NCBI RefSeq assembly: GCF_036321535.1
Contig: NC_087450.1
Coordinates: 53,940,001-54,004,000, forward strand
Reading direction: 5' to 3'
DNA from: Camelus dromedarius
Lineage: Eukaryota
DNA: 64,000 nt
Of the stretch, positions 46,201-58,200 are shown one piece after another; within the stretch, counting starts at the first letter, position 1, and each line of letters begins with the position of its first letter. The notes under the pieces were generated by a model, which did no database searches, had not been told where the DNA came from, and saw only the letters and a list, made by a program, of their open reading frames with translations. Made by a program: the position numbers and the translations under genes.

Positions 46201-49200
46201 TATCCAAGTGGATATTTGCTTATTTCTTCTGAGTTAATTTTAGAAATTCATGAGTGTGTATATATATAGGTATATAATATATACATTTTGTATTATATAC
46301 TCATATATAAGTTTATGAATTGTCATATTCATATTTTTTATTCCTGTTGTACACAAATGTGTACACAGACTGCAACTGGAACAATAAGTGTAGATAAAAA
46401 GCCATGTTTGCTTAGTATCCTTTTGAGAATAGTAGAAGGGGAGTAGTTTTTGTGAAATCTTAAACTTGGGACTCTAGCATTTTCTGAATTTGCTTCCTAT
46501 GCTTTCTTAACCAACACTTATGGAAATAGACCAGGCTTGCCTTAAATAATGTATGAGGATCAGTAAGTTCCCAGAAGAGTAATTTGGGGGTATTCAATTG
46601 CCTTTTTCCCCGTGCTTCCCTTTTGTTGGATGAGGGCTTAGGGAGCCTGTGGTGGGCTTCGAGAAAGGATGCTCAGAATGTTGGAGTAATTCAGACATAC
46701 AGGGCCCTTTGAGCTTTGACACTAGACTCCTGCTCTGAGCCAGTAAGTAAATTGAGAAGTCTATAAGTTAACATGACAGTAGGAAGCTTAACCCTTTTGT
46801 ATTTCATACAGATTGTAATATTTGTTAGAGCTTTTACTGTGTACAGTTAATGTGGTAGTATGAATGAGATAATAATGCTTTGAGAACTGATGTTTTATTT
46901 TGTTGGCTTCTGAATGTATAAATTGATGACTTTAATGCTGCATTAATGGCATCTTTCCATTTCATATAATGTGAGGTAATAATCATTTGCTTATTATCTG
47001 ACTCATCTTGATGGGAATAACTCTCATATGCCAAGTGATATTTCCTGTGTACGCCTGGAGAGAAGGAGCCAGATTGTTGTTAATGCGTTTTTGAAACTAC
47101 ATATTGTAGAGTCTGCAAACTAAGATAGGAGCTATTTGATTCCGCTTTGGTATTTTTCAGTTAAAATGTATGCTATTTGAGAATGTTCTAAATGTGGATT
47201 ACAACTTGTTTTGGCTGTGTTTGCCAGGCCATAGATAGTAATTTCATCTTCTCCTTCTGTCTTGAATAGTGACCTGAAAGTAGCACATGGAATTGTATAT
47301 TTTTAGAGCTGTACTGTGTTCATCAGGAGAGTTTCCTCCTGTTTCTGGTTTTGAGATCCCATAAATCAGAGCGTCCTAATGCTAAGCAGCAGCTTGCCTC
47401 TTGTAGATGTGCTGAGGTCCCATCAGCCCTCCAGTGGTCCGATTGCCCTGTGACAGCACAGGCTCAGACTTGTTGCCTCCTGTTTCCAGCAGCCTCATCA
47501 ATTTACCCATAGCGCCATACAAGCATAATATTCGGTGTGTCTTGACATGAAAAAGGCTGAGAAGCATAGCCTGTTGGAAGCACCCAGATTTTGAAATGAA
47601 ACATTTCATTCTCAAACTGTGATTCAGGAACCTCAGATTATATGATAATTTTATTTTCATATTTTTAGAGATTAAAATTCTTACTGAAAAAATAATACGC
47701 TTTCTCAGTAAAAACTTTAGAAACTAAGAATGAGGAAAAAGTAGAAAATAAAAGTAGGCACACCATCCAGAGAGAAGTACTGTTAACATTTTATGATCTG
47801 TTCTTTCAGACATTTTTCTGTATTAGTGTGGATATGTTCTCTGAAAGTGAAATGTTTTATAATCTGCTTTCTTCTCTTAAAGGTAGGTTGTTAAGTTGTT
47901 GAGGTTGAAGTTCAAGAAGAACTTTCCAAAGTATCTTTTTTTTTTCCCTGGGTAACATCCTAAGTGTTAGGACATAGGTCTCCCAACTACCCAAATTATC
48001 CAGAAAGTGCCGACAGATTTGATCTCTGCGCAGTAAGCACCTCAGTGTTACACTTGATTTCACAGTCAGGGTGGAACCATCATTAGGCCTTTGTGCAGAT
48101 AGTTGTGAATAAAACAGCAGATTATTGCATCTGTGTTCATGGGGATATTGGTTTATACATTTTTTTGGTAATGTCTTTCTGATTTGCTATTGGAGTAGCA
48201 CTGGTCTCAACATGAGTTGGCAAGTGTTGCTTTTTATTTTCTGCAAGAGTTTGTGTGGAACTGGAATTATTTCTTAAATATTTGATAGAATTCACCAGTG
48301 AAACGTGGAGTTTTGAAAATTTTAAAATAGGCATAAAGCTTTTTAAAATTTCAGTTACCTCTTTTTTCAGTTCCAGTTTTTATGGCATTTTCTATAAATT
48401 GTAGACCATATTGGCTTAAAGTTATTTATACTATTTCCTTGTTATCCTTTTATTGTCTGTCAGATCTGTACTGATGTCCCTTTTTTGTTCTTGATATTTG
48501 CAGTTTGTGTTCTCTTTCTTGTCTCTTGATCAGTCAGGACAGAGTTTTATCAATTTATTAATATTTAATGAAAAACTAAATTTTGATTTCTTTTTCTATT
48601 GTTTGTCTGTTTTCTTTGATTTTTGCTTTTATTTCCTTTCTTCTACCTACTGGATATGTTTTGCTCTTATTTGACTAGATGGAAGATGAAAGTTTAGATC
48701 ACTGACTTTAAACATTTTTTTCTTCAACAAGCATTTTTGTTATTTATATCTAATTTAATTCTGCTGTGGTCAGAGACTGTATTCAATATGATTTTAACCT
48801 TTTAAATTTATTAAAGCTTGATTTATGTCCCACAATATGGTCTGTTTTCAAAAGAATTAAATTCTTGCTATGGTGCAGTTGTTGGGTATAGTGAGTGGTT
48901 TATAAATGTTGATTAAATTGAGTTGGGTGTTAGAGCTGTTCAAATTTTTGTATCTTTATTGATTTTCTGTCTAGTTGTTCTATCAATTCCTGAGGGAGGA
49001 GGGTTGAGATTTCCAAATATAATTGTGTATTTGTTTATCTTACTCTTTAGTTCTGTCATTCTTTATGTATTTAGGATTCTAGTTTTTAGGGGCTTACATG
49101 TTATTTTATCTTGATGAAATGGCTCCTTTACTGTGATGAAATGTCCCTTTCTAGCTCTAGTAATTCTCTTTGTCCTGGGTTCTATTTTTATCAAATATTA

Positions 49201-52200
49201 ATATAGTTACTCTGGCTTTTTTTGTGATTAGCATTTACATGATATATCTTTTTCTCTCTTTGTATTTATCTGTGTATCTGTATTTAATGTACATCTCTTG
49301 TAGAATGCATATAATTGAGTCTTGCTTTTATTTTCAGTCTGACAATTTTTGTCATTTAATTTTAGTGTTTAGAGCATTTACATTTAATGGAGTTATTGAA
49401 CTGGTTAGGTTTAGTTTTACCTTCTTGTTTTTCTATTTGTCCTGTCTTCTGTTTTATTTAAGTGTTTGTTCTAAGATTTATAATGTACATTTAATAATTA
49501 TTTTATTGCACAGTATACACCCATGCCTTCCTACTCCTTTGTACTGTTGTCAGATTTGTTTATATACATTAAACTGTCACAATGTATTGTTTTTGTCAAG
49601 TAACTCTTTAAGAAATTAAAAAACAAGGACAAATCTTTTATATTTACTTCTGTTTTCCATTTCTATTACTTTTCAACTTTTTCTTTCTGTAAAACTGAGT
49701 TTCCGATTGATAGTGTTTTCCTTCAACTTGAAGAATTTAATATTTCTTGTAATACAGGTCTGTTAATAAATTCCCTGCATTAGTCTGAAACCATCTTTGA
49801 TTTTTGTCTTTATTTTTAGAAAATACTTTCTCTGGATATAGAATTCCAGGTTGACCTTTTTTTTTCTTTTATCTCTTTAGGGATGTCATTGCATTGTTTT
49901 GTTTTTGCCGGCAGTCATTGCTTATTTCCCTGTAGGTAACGTGTCCTTTTTCTCCAGTGCTTTTAAGATGTTCTCTTTATCATTGGTTTCAGAAATTTTA
50001 TTATCATGTTACTTGGTTTTGTTTTCTCAGTTTAGCTTGCTTGAGGTTCATTGAGCCTCTTAGATGAGTGGATTTGTAGATTTCATCACATTCGCAAAAT
50101 TTATGGACATTATTTAAAATTCAAATACAGTTTCTTCTCTCAGTCTCTCTTCCCCTGTTTTCTGGCGCTCTAAGTATATGTATTGTAGATGGGCTGTGAT
50201 TATTCCACTGGCTGCTGATGTTCTGTTTCTTTAGTTTTTTTCCTGCATTTTTCAGTTTGGATTGTTTCTTTTGTGAGGTGTTTAAGGTGGAAGATTTTTT
50301 TTCCCCCTCTGCATTGTTTAATTTGTTTTTAACTCCATCCAGTGAATTTTTCATTTCAGGTGTTTTCTTTTTCGTTTTTAAAATTTGTTTGATATTTTAT
50401 AGTTTCCAGTGGTTTGATATTTTATAGTTTCCATCAGATTCTGTTGAGAGCCTCTGTTCCCCCATCTTTGTTTTCCTTCGTATTCCCAAATATATTTTAA
50501 TAGTTCTGTTGACATCCTCGTCTTATTTCTCAGTATGTGTGATTTCTGGGTATGTTTCTATTGATGAACTTTCCTCATAATTATGGGTTATATTTTCCTG
50601 CTTCACATATCTAGCAACTTTAGATTGTATGCTTAACATTATGATTGCTATATTACTGAGTGTCTGATATTTATACCTCCCTTAATTTATTGAGTTTTGT
50701 TCTGGGAAGTAGTTGATTTCTGTGGATTGGCTTAATTTTGAAAGACTTCTTTTTAACACTTAATTTTTTTTAAGACTTAAGAAATCTTAAAATATTTTTT
50801 AAAAATTAAGTTAAAAACCACATGTAAGATAAGGTTTAGAACAGCTTTTATGTTGAGGGTTTTTCAGCCCTGCTTTAAGGTGAGGCCTTTCTAAGATCTT
50901 TTGCAGATGCTCAGAGTGTTCAGTAGTCTCTCCGCTGTGACGAGGTGGAGCTCATACCTTTTCAAATGCTCTCCAATCTCTGATAGTTGTTTTTCTATGA
51001 TACTTTTCCTTTTCTTGGCCTTATAGAATCTCTGCATGTGTGTAGCTTTGTATTTGGCCAAAGACCCAAGGAGATTTCTCTGCAGATTTTTTAAGTCCCT
51101 TTTCTGCCTCACTCACTTCTCTGCCTTGCAAATTCTAGTCAGCTTAGAAACTCCAGACTCCACCCTTTATCTCTGCTCAGTGAGACTTCTGTTTGATGTC
51201 CCTCTTCCTGCAGCACATTCCAGAAAGTGCTTCCTGGCAGAGAGCAGGGGTGGTCCTGGGGCTCACCTCATCTGTTTCACTTCTGTTTGTACTGCTTGTC
51301 GTAAAATACCTGAAAACCATTCTTTGACATAGTTTAATTTTATGGTGGGAGGCCTACTCTGAAACGAGTAACTTTTTTTTTTCTCTTTTAATTGCAAAAG
51401 CAGTACATAATTGTAACAAATTCAAACAGTATGGTAGTAGCAAAAGTAACAAAAAGATTGTTTTATTTTCTCAGTTTGCATTCTTCATAGCAACTTATGT
51501 TAATGATTTAATATAAAATCTTCTATGCTTGTATGAACTTGTGTATACACGGTTGTATAAATAGGTCCAACTTTCAGGAAGGAATTTTGGCAGTAGCTCT
51601 CACACACACAAAAGTCTTCCACCTCAAAGGCTTTGCAAAAGAAACTATCCAAATTGAAAAATGGAGGAAAAAACTGAAGAAATGGAACATTAGTAGCTAG
51701 TGGAATAATCACAACCAATCACAGAGTGTAACACATATACTTAGAGGGCCAGAAAACAGGGGAGGAGACATTGAGTTAAGAAATTTATATACATGGATTG
51801 ACTTTTTTGGGGGTAACAAAACAAGGTCATCTCATGTAGTTCTCCAGTTCGCTCCCCCACTTGCTGAATTGGTGATAGCTTTCCCAGTCAGTGTGTACAG
51901 ACGTAATTCGGTCTTTTAAATGTAGTCACAGTATTCCATTGTGAGGATGTGAGCCACATTTTCTTTCTTTCTTTCTTGGCAGAAGTTTAGACTGGCTTCT
52001 TATTTCTCTTGCCCATCTCACTCCCCTCCCCTTCTAACCGCGCTGGAAAAGACACCTGTTTGTCTGTAGGTGTAGTATTCACAGTGTGACAGCTACTGCC
52101 ATAATTCCTTCCTGAAAGTTGTGCCTATTTATACAACCATGAAAAAGATATGATTGAAGCCATTTCTCTTCTCCATTGTCAGCACCGTATGTTACCTATT

Positions 52201-55200
52201 TCTAACATATTCATCAGGTTGCAGGCACAGGGAGAAACGCATCTCATGTTCAATTTGCATATCTTTAGTTATTAGCTAGAACATGTTAAGTGGCTATTTT
52301 TATTTTTATTTTTTGTGGATTGTTAGATCGTATCCTTTTGCCTATATTCTTCTTACATTAGTTGACTTTTCCTTACTGGTTTGTAGTTTTTCTATGTAGT
52401 ATGAATGTTACTCTTGTCATAAATGTTGCAAATATTTTTCCCTATCGATCTGTCTTTTAAATGTGTTATGGCTTCTTTTTTTTTTCCATGAAGCTTTTTT
52501 TTTTTTTTTTTTGGTGTCTGCATTTGTCATTTTTCTTTTTTCCTTTGTAACTTCCGAGTTTCTTATCATGCTTAGACCTTGCTTATTCTAGGACTGTAAA
52601 ATTTTTCCCATATCTTCCACCAACACTGTTACTTCACACATTTAAATATTTAGCTCCTCTGCATGTCCTTCTAGTGCCACGAGTTTGCTGTTGCTGATTT
52701 TTAATGTAAAAGTCAGAGGATGTTTGGGAGAGAGCGCTCCGTGAAGCCTTGGTGATTGCCCCATGGTCACACCCAGCTGTTTCATGGCATCACTGAGAAT
52801 AAAACCAGGTGTTCCTCGTTTTATTTTTCTCCCTTTTCCATTTCTAGTTTGGGTAAATGAGCACTGGATTGAAGCGTGCTCCTTAGCACCTGAGTGCTGC
52901 TGTGTACGGCACAGGCCTGGGTGCTGATGGTAAAGTGATGAACAAGATGGGCAACACCTGACATTGTGGAACTCAGAGCTTAACGCTTAAAGCATACAAT
53001 GAAAAGTAGACAAATACTATACTTACCTGGCATAAGGGCTGTAAAAGATGTGGAATCATTGGAATGGGGGAGAACAGTGGGGTCTCGGGGCTGCTTAGAC
53101 AGGGTGGTCAGAGAGGGCTGGTGAGACTTACATTGAGATGAGAAAGATGAAAAGGAGCCAGGGGCAGAGTGTTCCAGGCAGAGAAGACAGCACTGACAGA
53201 AGCCCTGAGCTGAAAGGAGCTTGGCGTCTGGGTAGGTTGAAGGGGCTGCAGCTGGTGCAGGAGATGAGCGAGTGTAAACAGTTTCACCAGGAACACGGCA
53301 GTTGTCAAATTGCTCGTTAATTTTATCCTCAGCCTTTTTGAATACTTCTCAGAAAACTTCATTGTCACTTAGCTTTGTGAAAATCTGTACTATTTCCAAA
53401 ACCACATAGGGTGCTGGAAAAACCTGGTGATAATGTCTTTATTTTCGCATTGTTATGTGAAACCTTATCTTGTAATGAAAATATATCTTTATCTGGGTCA
53501 AAACACATGCTGAGTTTTCTGGAGCTACTGGTTATAACTAGAAGTAATAGTAAAGACAAATTTCCTTCGGATGGAACTTACTTCAGACAGATATAATGTG
53601 GTGCGTAAATCTGTTTATCCTCTTATCAAAATGAAATAAGAGGAAAGATCTGTTACCTCAAGTAAAACAGTAATAATGGAAAAATGTTGCTGTGTTTCTT
53701 TAGCTCGTGAATCCTTCTCAGGGTATTGAATTGCCTTCTTGCTGGTGTTTACATAGTATCTGTGTAGATGCGGGTCTTGTAGTCTTGTGTTGTTGGTCAT
53801 TTTGTGCCTAAGTTTACTTCCAAGTTCGATTTTTTTTCCTTTTAAAGCTATCTGAGGACAGAGAACTGATCTTTTTGTTCATTTTATTCCCCTCTTTAAA
53901 AAACTGCTTTTCCAGGGTATATGCAGTATTTTGTTAGACTTTAATAAAATTCACTAGACCCTCTTGTGTTCGAGGGCTTCTCTCAGATTTTTTTTTGCCA
54001 TGCCTTTTCACCTCTTGATACATAGTCATAATGAAGAAACTCATTGGCATTTGGTGAACTTTTCCATGTCTAGAACATGTTTTACATATATTGCAGAGAT
54101 AAGAGGGAACTTGAACCCTATAGTACCTTCTTCAGGTGGAGAGAAGACTTCGGTTACACAACTCACATTTAATTGTTAGTCTCTGAGCATGGTAAGCCCT
54201 TAGCTTTTCCTTGCCCTGTTGCTGTAGATTTTCCTGACAGGCTTGGGTCTCACTCATCAGGGAAACAGTAACCACTTCCCAGTCCAGGTTGTGGGGTGGT
54301 AGTGTTGAGTGAGATGTCGTCTCAGACTTGTGCGGGCAACAGTCATGTAAACAGCATAATCTGGTGTGAAAATGCTATGAGGGATGGTTGTACAGCATTT
54401 TGGGGGCACAGAGAGGACAGTGGTCAGTTTTGAAGAGTGTCAAAGGAGGAGGAGGTGGCAGTTTGTCACCGCAGTTGTAATAAACACGAACCGTTTGAGC
54501 AGTGTTGGAGATGAATGTTCTAGGGGAAACGGCTGTGTGTGGTAGACACAGAGACAGGAGCATGTGTGGTTTACTCGCCAACCAGTTGTGTTACTAGTGG
54601 GTCATTAGGTGTCTGATGGAGGAAGGAGTGGGAGGACAGCTACGATGGGACCATTCATGAAGGGCCTTTCATGTATGTGGAGGAGTTTGGACTTTGATGT
54701 TGTTGGAAATGGACAAGCATCAGGGATTTAGCAGCAGAAGCTTGCGATCTGGTCATCTTCCTACTTTACAAAGGTATCTTTGGATACTATTGAGGAAGCA
54801 TTAGAAGAGAGGAGACTGAAGGTGGCAAGATCAGTTAGGAGGCTGTTGTGAGAGACTAAGTGAGAGGTGATGCAGTCTGAATGGGGATATCAGCAGAAAA
54901 ATAGAGAGAAGGCGATGAATTCCGGAAACATATCTGAGGCAGCACCCCTCAGGCTAAACCAGACTCTGGCCGAGGGGCAGTGTGTTGTGATGGGCACACA
55001 CTGCGTGGGGAACCCTTAGGCTCTGGGCTTCATTCTAATCCTGACTTGTGGTGTCACCTCGAGTCTCCTAACCATTTGGAATTTTTGTCGGTGAAGGGAG
55101 GACACTGGTCCAGCCTGTCTCTTCAGTTCTGATATTCTAATAAGGGGAAACAGAAGCAAACGAAAGATCAAAACCCTCAAACAAACCTCACACAGTTTAG

Positions 55201-58200
55201 AGTTTCACAGCCCCTTTTTCTTGTGCAGCTGGTGGCCTTTTTATTGCTGTACTGAACAATTCAGAACAGAAGGAAATACAGGTGTTGGATGATGAAGGTG
55301 TTGCTGATCAAAATCTTTTAATTGTGTGATTGGCTAAGCTCAGTTCTTGATTCACTTGACTAATGCACATATGTATTTTTTTCTCTTTCTAATCCTGTGT
55401 CAGTATCATCCCACCTTATATTTCTTTAGTGTCTATATTTGATATACATATTTAAAAGATCTCACTTGAAATTTTCTTTTTTGCCTTTGGAGGAACTGAA
55501 CTCATTGCATTGCAGTTATTTTCTGCCCGGCCTCTGTGCTTTTGATCTCTCTGAATTCCCTGAGTCTTTGGAGGTGTATCATTCCTGAAGGTTTAGCAGA
55601 CGGGGGCTGCTCACATAAGCGGGAGCAGGCTTGTCAGGGTCTGTATTTCCCACTCTTACTTTCTGGGAACTGTTACTTTCTACCGAACAGAAGTGTTAGA
55701 GACCCTTAGGAAATGAGGTAATACTCGAATACTTTCTTTAGTTGCAGGAACTACAAGTGTTTACTATCCTTGTAATGTTAAAGGCACTTCTTTTCTTTTC
55801 ATTCTAGTTCCGAAAGACCCGAAACCCCAGTGGAGACGGGTGGCGTGGAGCTACGACTGTACCCTGCTGGCCTATGCCGAAAGCACGGGGACTGTGCGGG
55901 TGTTTGATCTCATGGGAAGTGAACTCTTCGTTATTACCCCGGTTCGTATACACCTTAAACAGAAAATGTACTTTGACTGCCTTTCGTATATAGGTACTTG
56001 AATGAATGAATGAATGTAATGAGAGAGGAAGTGTAACTGTAAATCAGAATAATAAGCTGTGAATTTAAGATACTTAAGTCTAGTTAGAGATCTGTACATG
56101 CAGTACTGATTCTTTGTGTTTGTAATGCACTGTCCAGACATAGTCTACCATTCTTAAAATGTGGTAGTAAGTCAGTCCTAACTGGAGGTGCAGAAATCTG
56201 GTGTGAAGTTCCAGTGAAGGAAAGAAGTCAGTGGGCCATTGCAACAGAACCGGCTTCGAGAGGAATTAGAATTTGTTACACTAAAGGGGTAGAAATTGAA
56301 ATGGCAAGTGGAGGAAAAAAAAATTAGTGGTTGTAATAACTTGTATTTGTACCATGCTTTATTCTTTATTAATGACTTTGTGATATATTCTTATTTAGTA
56401 TTCATAATACCCTTTGAGAAGATGGGGTAGATATTACCCTCATTTTACAGTTTAGAGAACGTAGATTGTGAGGAGGTGCAGTGACCTTCCCCCATGTGAT
56501 CCAGTTTCTAAGTATCTCTTTCAGGAATTCAGTGCTTTTTACTTTGTATCCTCTTTCCTCAAATGGTCAAAGTACAGGGGCAGGTAGAACAGTGGTTCTA
56601 ACTCTGGCTACATCTTAGAATCACCTGGGAAACTTTATAAAGACAAGGAAACCAAAAGCTAAAACTACTGTGTTGCCTGGGCTCCAACCGCAGAGTCTGA
56701 TCTAATGGATCTGAGTGGGACCCAGACGTTAATGGTGTCTCAGGGCTTTCAGCGGATTCTGATGAGAAGCGAGGGATGAGAACCAATGATGCAGAGAATG
56801 ATTTTTTGTTCAGAAATGAGTGAACAGAAATTGAAAAAGTACAGTGGCTCCTGTTACGGAAGTTCTGGGGAAACAAAGTAAGAAGGTTGAATTTCTGTTT
56901 TCTAGACTAGCACTGTCTGATAGAAATGTGATGTGAGCTGTATATGTGATCAATGTGTAGTTTAAAAAATTTTAGTAGCATTAAGTTAAACAGGTGAAAT
57001 GTTTTTGGTATGTTTTAGTTAATACAACAGATCCAAAACAATTACATGTTAAAATGGTAAGGTAAAAGTTATTAAAGAAATATTTCACATTCTTACTTTG
57101 GTACCAAGTCTTTGAGATTTGGTGTGTATTTTTATTTTTGGCATCTCTCAGTTCAGACTAGCCAGGTATCAAGGGTTCAGTAGCCTCATGTGGCTGTCAT
57201 CTTTTATTACGTCTAGAGTGACTCTGGACAGTGAGGAGCCGTTCAGGGCTTTTTACATGTGCTTCCTGGGGTGCACATGCCTTCAGGTACTTAGCAATGT
57301 AGAAATACTGGCACTGAGTGAGTGTTGTAAGTGTCCTTCCCTTTAACTTGCTGATTAGGCAAATGGAAATAACTGGAGATTTTCTTTCAGTATTGGTTAC
57401 CACTGGCAGTGGAAATTAACATTTGAAACTTTATATCTGAATTCTGTATCTTAGAGTTCTTTGAGGCATTACTTTTTTTTTTTCTCCCTCTTTTTTGCCC
57501 TAGACTTGTAGTCTAAACAGAAATTCACTTACTAGGTGAACATCTCACCCAAACAGGCTGCTGTGTTCCCAGCCTGTGGCTGGAAGGGCTGGTCTAGACT
57601 TGAGTGTCTAGTTCTGGGCACTCTGGCTTGCATGGTTCTTCAAATACAGATCAGTTCTGGGGCCATCTTATTTAAAGTACACCCAGCAAGGCCAGTGTCT
57701 TGGATATCTTCCAGTTATACATAAGTTAACGTCCATCTGGCATCTTTTTAGTAGCTTGCCTTCTCCCTCTCCTGCAGGCGTCTGGCTCAGCAGGTGATTT
57801 GGGCTGTGCTGTTGCTGGGTTGATATTTTTAGAGTACGAAGCAAGCGCACAGTGGTCTGCGGAGCTCTTGGTCATCAGTTACCGAGGAGAACTTAGAAGC
57901 TACCTTGTAAGGTAAGAGTGCGATTTCTTTGGGATGTCCTATTTGAAATAATGTTTATTTCTCTTTCAGATTTTGCTTCTTCCCCGCCACCAGCATTTTA
58001 TTCTGAAAGATTGCAAATATAGAAGGAAGGTCGAAAGAATTTTTTAGTAAACTCTCATATACCTCCACTAAAATTCTATTTAGTGTCTTACTATACTTGC
58101 TGTGTTATATTTCTATCCATCTCTTTATCTGGCCATTTATCAGTCTTATTTTTTAACGTATTTCAGAGTCAGTACTTGAATTAATGATATGCATGCTAAA

